A stretch of 64,000 nt of DNA from Bacteroidota bacterium. GTDB lineage: Bacteria; Bacteroidota; Bacteroidia; NS11-12g; UBA9320. Of the stretch, positions 41,568-52,156 are shown piece by piece. The stretch's first letter is position 1. Each line of letters opens with the position of its first letter. Below the pieces are notes generated by a model. That model was given only the letters and a program-made list of their open reading frames with translations, ran no database searches and was not told the DNA's origin. The stretch spans positions 80,517 to 144,516 of the forward strand of contig JABWCE010000003.1 of assembly GCA_013359235.1 (NCBI GenBank), written 5' to 3'. Position numbers and translations under genes: made by a program.

Positions 41568-42383
41568 TTATTCTTCTTCCTTTTTTGCTCCAAGTCGTCT
41601 TCTCAATTTTGGCTTTTCTTCTTCAACTATTTCTTCTTCGGCTATCCCTGCAAGTTTTGCATCAACTAATACTCTTCCGCAATGTTCGCAAATAACAATT
41701 TTTTTGTACGACCTTATATCTGCTTCCAACTGCGGGGGGAGTTTTGCAAAACAACCACCACAACTCGAACGCAAAACAGGTGCAATAGCAATTCCGTTTT
41801 TCACATTGTTGCGAATACGGTCATAAGCTTTTAAAAGTTTTTCATCAACGTGTTTTTCAACTTCAAGGCGTTCTTTCAACAAAATTTCCTCTTCTTTTTC
41901 TGTTTCTGCAACAATTTCTGTTAACTCGCTTTTTTTATGTTCAAGGTCAGAACTCCTGTTTTCAAGTGCTCCTTTCACAGTTTCAATCATCATATTTTTT
42001 TCTTCGATGATTTTGTTGCTATCATTTATTCTTTTCTCTGCTGCAAGAATTTCAAGTCCTTGAAGCTCTACTTCTTTGTTCAAAGCTTCATATTCTCGGT
42101 TGTTTTTTACGTTGTTGAGTTGCTCAGAGTATTTTTTTATAAGCGAATTTGAATCAACAATTTTTTGATTGTTTACTCTTATTTTTTCTTTTAGTTCATC
42201 AATTTCGTTTTCAATGTTCTGAATTCGTGTGTCAAGCCCTGTGATTTCATCTTCAAGGTCTGATACTTCGAGAGGAAGTTCGCCTCTTACTGCACGAAGT
42301 TTATCTAATTTGCTGTCGAAAGCCTGAACATTGAATAATGCTTTGAGTTTGTCTTCTACTGAGTATGATTTTTGTACTGTCAT
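41568..42383 (-). CDS. Coiled-coil protein with C4-type zinc ribbon
   Basis: Long coiled coil, NNREYEAL, CGGC..CEHCGR; follows nif3. Confidence 0.9.
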   Translation of the reverse strand: MTVQKSYSVEDKLKALFNVQAFDSKLDKLRAVRGELPLEVSDLEDEITGLDTRIQNIENEIDELKEKIRVNNQKIVDSNSLIKKYSEQLNNVKNNREYEALNKEVELQGLEILAAEKRINDSNKIIEEKNMMIETVKGALENRSSDLEHKKSELTEIVAETEKEEEILLKERLEVEKHVDEKLLKAYDRIRNNVKNGIAIAPVLRSSCGGCFAKLPPQLEADIRSYKKIVICEHCGRVLVDAKLAGIAEEEIVEEEKPKLRRRLGAKKEEE

Positions 42384-43483
42384 TAATAAAAATATTTAAC
42401 CGGATTTGTTTTTGTTTCCGTCAAAACGGGTGCAAAATTAGGAAATTTATTTTTAATTATTTCAATTATTAATTCTTTAGTAAATTGTTCTGATTCATAA
42501 TGCCCGATATCGCATATCAAAATATTATTTTCTCCGTCAAAAAATTCATGGTATTTAAAATCGCTTGTTACAAAAGCATCAGCTCCAGCAGATTTGGCAT
42601 CTTCCAACAAAAAACTACCCGAGCCCCCACAAATTGCTACTTTCTTTATTTCTTTGTCAAATTGAGTATATTTTATAACATCTAAATTCATATTTCTTTT
42701 AAGTAAATTTAGAAATTCAGTTACTTTTAAAGAATTTTGAAATTCACCAACAATACCTGAACCTACATAATTTGAAGTGTTTAACATCATAAAAATATCA
42801 TAAGCCACTTCTTCGTATGGATGTGCACTTTGCAAAGCTGAAATAATTTTGTTTTTTAGAAAAACTGGGAAAACTGTTTCAATTTTTATTTCATTTTCAA
42901 AATGTAATTTATTTATTTCGCCTTTAAAGGGGTTAGCATTTTCGTTTGCTTTAAACGTTCCTTTCCCTTCTGTGTTAAACGAACATGAATCGTAATTTCC
43001 TATTTTACCTGCTCCTGCTGCAAACAATGCTTCTCTCACTTTATCGGCATATTCGTTTGGCACAAAAGTAATAAGTTTTGCAAGTTGTGATGGGGCATTT
43101 CTCAAAACTTTCAAGTTTTTAAGCATTAGTTTTTCGGCTATTTTACTGTTTACACCATTTTGCAAAACATTGTCAAGGTTTGTATGAATAGCATAAATTG
43201 AAATACCGTTTTGTATGGCTTTCAAAATAGTTTTCTCAATGTAATTTGATCCTGTTATTTTCTTTAACCCTTTGAAAATAATTGGGTGATGAGAAATTAT
43301 TAAATTACACTGTTTTTTAATTGCTTCGTCAATTACTGCTTCGGTACAATCTAAGCAAACTAAAATATTATTGACTTTTTCGTCAATATTTCCAATCAGA
43401 AATCCGGAGTTATCATAGTTTTCCTGTAGTTGCAGAGGAGCTATTCTTTCAAGATGTGTAACTATATCTTTAATTAAAGTCAT
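42383..43483 (-). CDS. Nif3-like dinuclear metal centre protein (YbgI/YqfO family)
   Basis: YDNSG, SHHP, HTNLD, PII-like insert AGAGKIGNY..HPYEEVAYD, GHYESE. Confidence 0.95.
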   Translation of the reverse strand: MTLIKDIVTHLERIAPLQLQENYDNSGFLIGNIDEKVNNILVCLDCTEAVIDEAIKKQCNLIISHHPIIFKGLKKITGSNYIEKTILKAIQNGISIYAIHTNLDNVLQNGVNSKIAEKLMLKNLKVLRNAPSQLAKLITFVPNEYADKVREALFAAGAGKIGNYDSCSFNTEGKGTFKANENANPFKGEINKLHFENEIKIETVFPVFLKNKIISALQSAHPYEEVAYDIFMMLNTSNYVGSGIVGEFQNSLKVTEFLNLLKRNMNLDVIKYTQFDKEIKKVAICGGSGSFLLEDAKSAGADAFVTSDFKYHEFFDGENNILICDIGHYESEQFTKELIIEIIKNKFPNFAPVLTETKTNPVKYFY

Positions 43484-43573
43484 ACAATTGACAAATATAA
43501 ATTTTTAGATAGTATTTGAGCTAATTTTAAAATCAAACATTTTAATTTTTTTAGCCAAAATCAATAATAAATT

Positions 43574-43606
43574 ACCATTCGGAAACTAATTTCTCATTTT
43601 CGGAAA
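43574..43606 (+). promoter_or_regulatory. Direct repeat with 21-bp period, LytTR-like operator
   Basis: TTCGGAAA at 43578-43585 and 43599-43606, upstream of a near-consensus -7 element (TAATATTG). Confidence 0.5.
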
Positions 43607-43681
43607 TTTTATTGTGCTGATTTGTATTTGTGTAATTAATATTGAACCATAAAATATGTTTATTTTAAAAAGAAATAGAAA

Positions 43682-44320
43682 ATGAAAAAGGCAGTTTTAC
43701 TTTTAATTATCACCAAACTCATTATCTTGTTAAGTGTTGTTGTAACAAGGGCAGATAATGAATCTACTGATTTATCAATAAATTTTCAAGGAAGACAGGT
43801 AAACGAAAACGTAGAACTAAATTGGACATTAGAAACCGAAAATGATGTTGATTTTTATATTATAGAATTTTCAAAAGATGCAACAAAATGGTCTACTCTT
43901 GGCAATACTTCGAGCAAAGGCAATTCTGCAAAACAAGTAAGATATAATTTTACACATACAAAAGCTGATGCAGGTATTATTTATTACCGAATTGCCCAAA
44001 TTTTTAATAGCGGAACTATTGCATACTCAAAAACTATTTCAATTAATTTAAAAAAAGGATTTATAAATAATAGTATAAATATTTGCCCCAATCCTGTAAA
44101 AGATATGATTTTGATAAATATTGGGTTGAACGAAAACAGCATTTGTCAATTCAATTTAACAGATATTATTGGCAACAAATTTTTAAATGAAAACAAGGAA
44201 TTAATGAAAGGAAACAATATATTAAATTACGATTTTTCAAAACTTTCTGATGGTATATACCTATTAAAAATATATGATAACAATGGTTATTGTAAAACAA
44301 CAAAAATTCTAAAAAAATAA
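43682..44320 (+). CDS. Small T9SS type A sorting domain protein (one Ig-like domain plus CTD)
   Basis: Signal peptide, VELNWT..E, YYRI.Q, ICPNPVKD, LSDGIYLLKI, KILKK. Confidence 0.88.
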   Translation: MKKAVLLLIITKLIILLSVVVTRADNESTDLSINFQGRQVNENVELNWTLETENDVDFYIIEFSKDATKWSTLGNTSSKGNSAKQVRYNFTHTKADAGIIYYRIAQIFNSGTIAYSKTISINLKKGFINNSINICPNPVKDMILINIGLNENSICQFNLTDIIGNKFLNENKELMKGNNILNYDFSKLSDGIYLLKIYDNNGYCKTTKILKK

Positions 44321-44361
44321 CATACTTACTTAAAATTTTTAATGCCTATTTACAAAAATGT

Positions 44362-44384
44362 CCTGCAAGTTAGCAGGCTTTTTT
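44362..44384 (+). terminator. Intrinsic terminator
   Basis: CCTGC-aagtta-GCAGG then CTTTTTT. Confidence 0.65.
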
Positions 44385-44463
44385 GTTTGTAAAAAATTAT
44401 AAATATATAAGTAAAATAAGCCCCAAAAAACTAATTTTGCAGAAAGAAAAAAAAACACAAAAT

Positions 44464-46731
44464 ATGTTTGATTTAGATGTAATAAAAGCAGTATATTCAA
44501 AAATTGCACAACGCCTTGAACAAGCCCGCAAAACAGTTAATTCACCACTTACACTTACCGAAAAAATTTTATATTCACATCTTTGGGAAAATGATTTAAA
44601 CAAAGGGTTTGAACGAGGTATTAGTTATGTTGACTTTGCCCCAGATAGAGTAGCCATGCAAGATGCTACGGCACAAATGGCACTTTTGCAGTTTATGCAA
44701 GCAGGAAGACCAAAAGTTGCTGTACCTTCAACCGTTCACTGCGACCATTTAATTCTTGCAAAAGACGGTGCTGCTCAAGATTTAGCAAATTCAAAAAATT
44801 CAAACAAAGAAGTTTTTGATTTTCTTTCGTCAGTTTCAAACAAATACGGAATAGGTTTTTGGAAGCCCGGTGCAGGAATTATTCATCAAGTAATACTTGA
44901 AAATTATGCTTTTCCGGGTGGTATGATGATAGGAACTGATAGCCATACAGTAAATGCAGGCGGGCTTGGGATGATTGCAATTGGTGTTGGCGGGGCTGAT
45001 GCTTGCGATGTAATGGCTGGTTTACCATGGGAATTGAAATTTCCAAAAATTATAGGTGTAAAACTTAACGGAAAGCTCAGCGGATGGGCATCTGCCAAAG
45101 ATGTTATTTTAAAACTTGCAGGTATTCTTACAGTAAAAGGTGGTACTGGTTACATAATTGAATATTTTGGTGAAGGTGCTACAAGTCTTTCTTGCACAGG
45201 AAAAGGCACAATTTGCAATATGGGAGCAGAAATTGGAGCAACTACTTCAGTTTTTGGTTACGACGAATCAATGAGAAAATATCTGATTTCGACAGGAAGG
45301 CAAAATCTTGTAACAGAAGCAGACAAAATAAGCCAACATCTTACAGCCGATAGCGAAGTTTATGAAAATCCCAAAAAATATTTTGACCAACTTATTGAAA
45401 TTAATCTATCAGAACTTGAGCCTCACATTAACGGACCTTTTACACCAGATGCAGCATGGGAAATTTCAAAATTTGCTGATGCTGTTAAACAAAACGGTTG
45501 GCCCGCTAAACTTGATGTTGGGTTAATTGGTTCATGTACTAATTCTTCTTACGAAGATATTTCGAGAGCCGCCTCAGTTGCACAACAAGCTATGAAAAAC
45601 GGAATAAAAGCAAAATCAGAATTTACAATTACTCCGGGCTCTGAACAGGTGAGATATACCGTAGAAAGAGACGGATATTTGTCTTTATTCGAAAATATGG
45701 GTGGTGTAATACTTGCTAATGCCTGCGGACCATGTATTGGTCAATGGTCAAGAAAAACTGATGACCCCAATAGAAAAAATTCAATTATAACATCTTTCAA
45801 CCGCAATTTTGCAAAAAGAAATGATGGAAATCCAAATACTCATGCTTTTGTAGCTTCACCCGAAATAGTTACTGCTTTGGCAATAGCCGGAGATATAACT
45901 TTTAATCCTTTAAAAGATTTTTTAACAAACGATAAAGGCGAAAAAATAAAACTTAGCGAACCCGAAGGCATTGAATTACCATTAAAGGGTTTTGAAGTTA
46001 AAGATGCAGGATATCAGGCTCCTGCCGAAGAAGGTAGCAATATTCAGATACTTGTATCGCCTGATAGTAACAGACTACAACTTTTAGAACCATTTCAAGC
46101 ATGGGAAGGTACAAACCTTACTGGATTAAAACTACTAATAAAAGCAAAAGGAAAATGTACTACAGACCATATTAGCATGGCCGGACCATGGCTAAAATTC
46201 AGAGGTCACTTGGATAATATTAGCAATAATATGCTTATAGGAGCTGTAAATTATTTTAATGAAAAAACCGACTCGGTTAAAAATCAGTTAAACGGACAAT
46301 ACGACTCTGTTCCTGCTGTACAACGCCATTACAAAACAAACGGTATAGGTACTATAGTAGTTGGTGATGAAAACTACGGAGAAGGTTCGTCAAGAGAACA
46401 TGCGGCAATGGAACCACGTCATCTTGGAGTAAGAGTAATTCTTACAAAATCTTTTGCAAGAATTCATGAAACAAACCTTAAAAAACAAGGGATGTTAGCA
46501 CTTACGTTTGCCAACAAAAGCGATTATGACTTGATAGAAGAAGATGACACTTTTGATTTGAACGGTTTAACGGACTTTAAACCTGGAACACCACTTGAAC
46601 TTATTGCATATCATAAAAACAATACACAAAATACAATTTTATGCAATCATACATATAACGAACATCAAATTGAATGGTTCAAAGCAGGCGGGGCTTTAAA
46701 CATAATAAGAAAACAACTTGCTGGCAAATAA
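44464..46731 (+). CDS. acnA: Aconitate hydratase (mitochondrial-type)
   Basis: [52 protein letters not shown]. Start moved to ATG 44464, downstream of promoter element TAATTTTG (44432-44439). Confidence 0.95.
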   Translation: MFDLDVIKAVYSKIAQRLEQARKTVNSPLTLTEKILYSHLWENDLNKGFERGISYVDFAPDRVAMQDATAQMALLQFMQAGRPKVAVPSTVHCDHLILAKDGAAQDLANSKNSNKEVFDFLSSVSNKYGIGFWKPGAGIIHQVILENYAFPGGMMIGTDSHTVNAGGLGMIAIGVGGADACDVMAGLPWELKFPKIIGVKLNGKLSGWASAKDVILKLAGILTVKGGTGYIIEYFGEGATSLSCTGKGTICNMGAEIGATTSVFGYDESMRKYLISTGRQNLVTEADKISQHLTADSEVYENPKKYFDQLIEINLSELEPHINGPFTPDAAWEISKFADAVKQNGWPAKLDVGLIGSCTNSSYEDISRAASVAQQAMKNGIKAKSEFTITPGSEQVRYTVERDGYLSLFENMGGVILANACGPCIGQWSRKTDDPNRKNSIITSFNRNFAKRNDGNPNTHAFVASPEIVTALAIAGDITFNPLKDFLTNDKGEKIKLSEPEGIELPLKGFEVKDAGYQAPAEEGSNIQILVSPDSNRLQLLEPFQAWEGTNLTGLKLLIKAKGKCTTDHISMAGPWLKFRGHLDNISNNMLIGAVNYFNEKTDSVKNQLNGQYDSVPAVQRHYKTNGIGTIVVGDENYGEGSSREHAAMEPRHLGVRVILTKSFARIHETNLKKQGMLALTFANKSDYDLIEEDDTFDLNGLTDFKPGTPLELIAYHKNNTQNTILCNHTYNEHQIEWFKAGGALNIIRKQLAGK

Positions 46732-46835
46732 AACAGAATTATTTCCACAATAAAACAAAATTGTGAAAAGTTTTATTTTTAAAATTACTATTCTTCAATA
46801 TAGCTTTGAAACAATTTTTAAAATTATATTAATGT

Positions 46836-47792
46836 ATGTTACCTCCTGAAGAGCAAATAGCAAAAGATAAAAAGACAAAAACTTATTTAATAGTAATAAT
46901 TGTAATTCTTTTTTTAATCAATTTCGGTTTGTTATACAATTTGATAAGCAAAGACAAAATACTTGTAACAACCGAAACAAAGCTTGACAATACACAAAAA
47001 GAAAAAGAAAACCTCGATAAAATGCTTGACGAAACAGAAAATATGCTTTTGGATTACAAAGGCAAAAATTCTCAATTAGATAGCATTATTGATGTGAAAA
47101 ACGATGAGATAGCATTTAAAGTTTCACAAATAAGAAAAATGCTATCAGAAGGAAATCTCACAAAATCACAATTAGAAACCGCAAGGCAGGAAATTGCCAA
47201 GCTAAAGGTAAAAATTATGCGTGATACTTATGTTATTGATTCATTATCACGAGAAAACATAACATTAAAAGTCGAAAACACATCACTTGCTGGAGAAAAC
47301 GAAACTGTAAAAAAAGAAGTTGAAAATCAAAAATCAATAAATACATCACTTACCGAGCAAAACCAAAAATTGAGCGAAAAGGTTAAAATAGCTTCTAAAC
47401 TCACAGCCACCAATATAAAAGTTGAAGGTATAATGATGAAAGGCAATAGAGAAAAAGAAAAAAGCAAATTAAGCAAAATAGACAAAATAAAAGTAGTATT
47501 TACTATTTCTAAAAACGAAATTGCCGATGCTGGTCAAAAAGTTATATACCTTCGTCTTATAGGACCAAATGGTTCTACAGTTGCCAATCAAAGTGCAGGT
47601 TCGGGTATATTTGAAATAGATGGCGAAAGTATGCAATACACATCAAAAGCTACAGTTTTATTCAACAATATGATAGGAAGCCCGGCAACCATTTATTTTG
47701 AAAAAATACCAGGAATGTCATCGGGTGTTTATAGAGCTATATTGTATTGCGATGGTTTTGTGATGGGTGAAGGCAGCCTGAAGTTGAAATAA
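46836..47792 (+). CDS. Membrane-anchored coiled-coil protein with C-terminal beta-sandwich domain
   Basis: Single N-terminal TM, about 150 aa of heptads, beta-rich C-terminus; own promoter element TAGCTTTG (46801-46808). Confidence 0.75.
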   Translation: MLPPEEQIAKDKKTKTYLIVIIVILFLINFGLLYNLISKDKILVTTETKLDNTQKEKENLDKMLDETENMLLDYKGKNSQLDSIIDVKNDEIAFKVSQIRKMLSEGNLTKSQLETARQEIAKLKVKIMRDTYVIDSLSRENITLKVENTSLAGENETVKKEVENQKSINTSLTEQNQKLSEKVKIASKLTATNIKVEGIMMKGNREKEKSKLSKIDKIKVVFTISKNEIADAGQKVIYLRLIGPNGSTVANQSAGSGIFEIDGESMQYTSKATVLFNNMIGSPATIYFEKIPGMSSGVYRAILYCDGFVMGEGSLKLK

Positions 47793-47880
47793 TAATAAGC
47801 ATAGTTTAAAATTTTGCTTATAAGATTATTTTGAATAAACAGCAAATAAGGAACTTCCAAAAAGCAAATTCAATAGAAAT

Positions 47881-50800
47881 ATGCATCAAAAAAGTATAGG
47901 ATTGATAGAATCTTACTTTAAAAAAGTCAAAACTGCTAATAAGGAGTTGACAAAAAAAGAGGCATTCAAGGATTTGTTAAATAGACTATATGCAGGAGAT
48001 AAGGAAATTGAAAAAATCATTGATTCTATTAGTGCCGGTGCTGAGCATACAGTAATAAATATACCACGAAAAGATAAGTTGCATAGAGGAAGTGCCGATA
48101 CTTTATACAATAAAATCATAATTGAATTTGAAAACGACCTCAAAACAAGCTTGAAACATGCCAAAGAACAATTGGCAGGATATCTCTTAGGCCAGTTCAA
48201 AAGTGGGGAAGGATATAACTATACGCTTATAGTTTCAGATTGTATAAATTGGAAAGTTTTTGCACCCGATGTTTCACAACTCGAAGTTCTAGAAAGTTTG
48301 AAAGAAGATGAACTTATTTTAAATGAAGTTTCATCAGCTTCTTTCAAACTTACAGAAAATAATGCAGAAGATTTTTTTTACTGGATAGATCGCTTTCTTT
48401 TCAAAGAGGAAAAACAAAAAGCTACACTCAAACGCATCGAAGAATCATTTGGATATCAAAGTCATGTTTTTATTGAATCATTTCGTAACTTAACAAAACA
48501 TTTTAATGAAGCAAAAAAATATGGTGATGTACAAGTTTCATTTGAGCAATGGAAAAAGTTTTTATCAATTGCCTATGGCACATTTGATGCAAGCGAAAGC
48601 AATTTTCTAATTCACACATATCTAAGTGCTTTTTCAAAAATGTTAGCGTATTCTGTTGTGAGCAATGACGACTATATTGAAGAAGATGAACTAAAGGGCA
48701 TAATTATCGGAAGTATTTTCAGCAAACACAATATTCAAAATTTTATTGACAACGATTTTTTTCACTGGATTGGAAGCGAAAGAAATTTCAGAGGGTTAAA
48801 AAAAGTTTTTCGTCTTATAGCACAAGAAATTTCTACTTACGATTTCAATAAAGTTGATGAAGATATTCTCAAGGGAGTTTATCAAGAATTGATTGACCTT
48901 GATACAAGACACGCTCTTGGCGAATATTATACTCCCGATTGGCTTTGCGAAAAAATTGTAAACGAATTTGAGTTTAAAACTACTGATAAAATATTAGACC
49001 CCGCATGTGGCAGTGGCTCTTTTTTACGTGCCGCCATACACCGCATCAAAGAATTGAACCCGCAAATTTCAGTCGAAGAACTTAACAACAACATATACGG
49101 TATTGATATTCATCCTTTGAGTGTGCAAATTGCTAAAACTACTATGCTTCTTGCTTTGGGTAAAGAAATAACAAAAGCCAGAAAACCTATTCATATTAAT
49201 ATCATTTTAGCAAACACTTTACTTGCCCCCGAAGGTGTGAAAAATCTTTTTGGTGATGAGTTTATAATGCAAATTGACAAGGAAAAGCTTTGGCTAAACA
49301 CACAAGTTTTTGAAGATGTACAGTTATTTGACCAAGCACTTGATGTTTGTGAAGATTTAGCAGAGCAAACTATGAATATGAAATTAGAATCTAAAAAAAC
49401 TTTTGAAAATAATTTGCGACAACGATATAAAAATGGAGGCTTGGTCTCTCAAGTTATAAACAGCTTCTATAAAATTTATGAATCTCTAAAGAAAGTAAAA
49501 GAAAACGGTAGAGATAGTATATGGAAATTTATTGTTCAAAATCTTTACAAACCCTATTTTTTTAATAAAAAATTTGATTATGTAATAGGCAATCCGCCTT
49601 GGTTTACTTATAGTTCAATTAAAAATGAAGAATATCAAAACCAATTAAGTCAACTTGCTATCGATTACAGAGTTAAACCAATATCTTCTAAGAACTTTCC
49701 ACATTTAGAAATTGCTGCAATTTTTATGAGTTATTGTAGCAGCTACTTCTTAAAAGAAAATGGAAAAATTGCCTTCGTATTGCCAAGAAGTTTTTTAAGT
49801 GCCGACCACCACGATAATACACGAAAGGGTATTGCAAAAGGATTTAAACTTACTCAACTATGGGATTTGATGAAGGTTTCACCTCTTTTCAGAATTCCGA
49901 GCTGTGTTTTTTTTGCAGAAAAATTTGAAGCTAAAAAAAAATCAACAAAACACGGAATTAATGGTGTTTCGTTTGCAGGAAGATTACCTTCTCACAATTG
50001 CAACCTATCAACTGCAAATCCAAGATTAAAAGAAGAAAAAAACAAATGGTTTTACATTAAACAGGGTAAATCAACTGCATTTAGTACACAAAAAAACTTA
50101 TTACAAACTAATGTAAATCCATACAAGTCACTATTTAAACAAGGTGCAACAATTGTCCCCCGTGCATTTTATTTTATTCAACTCACACAGGATTTTCCCG
50201 ATGACTGGGACAGCAGAATAATAAATTTTAAAACTTCTGACGATATACAGAAAGACGCAAAATCACCTTGGAAAGGAATGAGTTTTGAAGGAAAGATTGA
50301 AAGTAGGTTTGTTTTTAGAACTGCACTATCCAAAAGTATCTTGCCTTTTGCATTACATGAGCCTGATTTAGTAATACTACCTGTAAGCATTGAATCAAAT
50401 GAATACAATGAAAAAAAAATAAAGCTACATACTGCAAAAGAACTATTACAAGAAGGATATAGCTATGCATCCAAATGGTTTAGCAATGCTGAACGAATTT
50501 GGAATATGTTGAAAACTGAAAAATCAAAATCAATGACAAACATTAACCGTCTTGACTTTCAAAGAGGAATTACAGAGCAAAATTTAAACGCTCCATATTT
50601 AGTACTTTATAATGCTTCTGCTAAAAATGCAAATGCTACAATTGTGAAACGCGAACATTTTGATCTTGAATTTATAGTTGAAAGCGTTTCATATGTATTT
50701 TATACTGACAAATTAAATGAGGCATATTATTTAACAGCCATACTGAACTCAACAACTCCAAACTTGATGATGAAAGATTTTCAAGCAAGAGGTTTATTTG

Positions 50801-51060
50801 GGGTAAGACATGTTCACAAAAAAATTCTTGACATTTATTTTCCTAAGTTTAATGATAATGATGAAATTCATTTACAATTAGCAAAACTAAGCAAAACTGC
50901 ATGTATAAAGGCTGCAGCTTTTTTAAAAACCATTGACAAAAGCAAAAAAATTGAGGGTTTAACATTAGGTAAACTTCGCATTGATATAAAAGCAAAACTA
51001 AGTAAAGAACTAAAAGAAATTGATAATCTCGTAAACGAAATTATTAATAAAAATTCATAA
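47881..51060 (+). CDS. Type IIG-like fused restriction endonuclease / N6-adenine DNA methyltransferase
   Basis: N-terminal AD-x8-EFE and QLAGY nuclease-like motifs; GEYYTP, ILDPACGSGSF, GNPPW (gamma-class order); long C-terminal recognition region. Confidence 0.88.
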   Translation: MHQKSIGLIESYFKKVKTANKELTKKEAFKDLLNRLYAGDKEIEKIIDSISAGAEHTVINIPRKDKLHRGSADTLYNKIIIEFENDLKTSLKHAKEQLAGYLLGQFKSGEGYNYTLIVSDCINWKVFAPDVSQLEVLESLKEDELILNEVSSASFKLTENNAEDFFYWIDRFLFKEEKQKATLKRIEESFGYQSHVFIESFRNLTKHFNEAKKYGDVQVSFEQWKKFLSIAYGTFDASESNFLIHTYLSAFSKMLAYSVVSNDDYIEEDELKGIIIGSIFSKHNIQNFIDNDFFHWIGSERNFRGLKKVFRLIAQEISTYDFNKVDEDILKGVYQELIDLDTRHALGEYYTPDWLCEKIVNEFEFKTTDKILDPACGSGSFLRAAIHRIKELNPQISVEELNNNIYGIDIHPLSVQIAKTTMLLALGKEITKARKPIHINIILANTLLAPEGVKNLFGDEFIMQIDKEKLWLNTQVFEDVQLFDQALDVCEDLAEQTMNMKLESKKTFENNLRQRYKNGGLVSQVINSFYKIYESLKKVKENGRDSIWKFIVQNLYKPYFFNKKFDYVIGNPPWFTYSSIKNEEYQNQLSQLAIDYRVKPISSKNFPHLEIAAIFMSYCSSYFLKENGKIAFVLPRSFLSADHHDNTRKGIAKGFKLTQLWDLMKVSPLFRIPSCVFFAEKFEAKKKSTKHGINGVSFAGRLPSHNCNLSTANPRLKEEKNKWFYIKQGKSTAFSTQKNLLQTNVNPYKSLFKQGATIVPRAFYFIQLTQDFPDDWDSRIINFKTSDDIQKDAKSPWKGMSFEGKIESRFVFRTALSKSILPFALHEPDLVILPVSIESNEYNEKKIKLHTAKELLQEGYSYASKWFSNAERIWNMLKTEKSKSMTNINRLDFQRGITEQNLNAPYLVLYNASAKNANATIVKREHFDLEFIVESVSYVFYTDKLNEAYYLTAILNSTTPNLMMKDFQARGLFGVRHVHKKILDIYFPKFNDNDEIHLQLAKLSKTACIKAAAFLKTIDKSKKIEGLTLGKLRIDIKAKLSKELKEIDNLVNEIINKNS

Positions 51061-51200
51061 ATAATTACAAATCCTTAAATTTTTAGTTTCAAATCTTACT
51101 AAACTAAGCTAAAAGTTACAATTTATAAAGTGGACAAGAGACAAGCAATGTTAAAAAAAACTAAATCAAATTTTTTATTGATTACTATTTAGAATGTATT

Positions 51201-52148
51201 TTGCGAAATACATTGAAAAAAATAATTTCATATCTAAAAGATTACTTTTTTATAGAGCTGAAACCGCTGTATCTATTATCAATCATGCTATTTATAGGTA
51301 CATATATTTTTGCTGAATATTATTGGGGCTTAACAGACAATATAAATTTAAGTACATTTACAAAGCCAAGTTATATTGTTGCTGTAATTTTGCATTTTTT
51401 TTTCCCCTTTTCGCTTGCGTGGCTTATTTACAGCTTTTATTACAACGACTGGAAAATATGGCAAAATAATAGATTTTGGTTTTTGATAATTTTTGCTTCA
51501 ACAGTGTTCAGTTTGCGGACTTTTTTGAGTTTTTTCACTTACGACATATACCGAATTTTGCCCGACGGACGTACTGAATATTTTTTATATCGTTGTGTAG
51601 CAGTTGTTTTTAGAGATTTTTTTATAATCTTTCCGGTTTTTGTTTATTGGTGGTTTGCCGATAGAAAAACAATGCCATTGTATGGTTTTACCTTGAAAAA
51701 TTACAACACTAAACCTTATCTTATAATGCTTGCAATTATGCTCCCATTGGTGGTTTTAGCCTCGTATCAAAGCGATTTTTTAAGTCAATATCCAAAAGGT
51801 TTTTCGCTTTTTCCACTCAGTTTTGATGTGGTTACTGAGAGAAAGTATTTTTTTATTTACGAATTTTTTTACGGTATTGATTTTATTTTTATCGAGTTTT
51901 TTTTTAGAGGGTTTTTACTACTTGCTTTTTACAGGCTGTTTGGTTGGGGGTGTTTGCTGCCTATGGCTTGTTTTTATGTTACAATTCACTTCGGGAAACC
52001 ACTTGGCGAAACTATAAGTTCGTTTTTTGGAGGAACAATTTTGGGCATTTTGGCTATAAGAACAGGATCAATAGCTGGTGGAATAATTGTACATTTGGGT
52101 ATTGCATGGCTCATGGAATTTGCTGCATTGCTTCATAAAATGATTTAA
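51201..52148 (+). CDS. CPBP (Abi/CAAX) family intramembrane metalloprotease
   Basis: EFFFRG, HFGKP.GE, GIIVH; multiple TM helices. Start may be TTG 51213. Confidence 0.85.
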   Translation: MRNTLKKIISYLKDYFFIELKPLYLLSIMLFIGTYIFAEYYWGLTDNINLSTFTKPSYIVAVILHFFFPFSLAWLIYSFYYNDWKIWQNNRFWFLIIFASTVFSLRTFLSFFTYDIYRILPDGRTEYFLYRCVAVVFRDFFIIFPVFVYWWFADRKTMPLYGFTLKNYNTKPYLIMLAIMLPLVVLASYQSDFLSQYPKGFSLFPLSFDVVTERKYFFIYEFFYGIDFIFIEFFFRGFLLLAFYRLFGWGCLLPMACFYVTIHFGKPLGETISSFFGGTILGILAIRTGSIAGGIIVHLGIAWLMEFAALLHKMI

Positions 52149-52156
52149 AAACAAAA

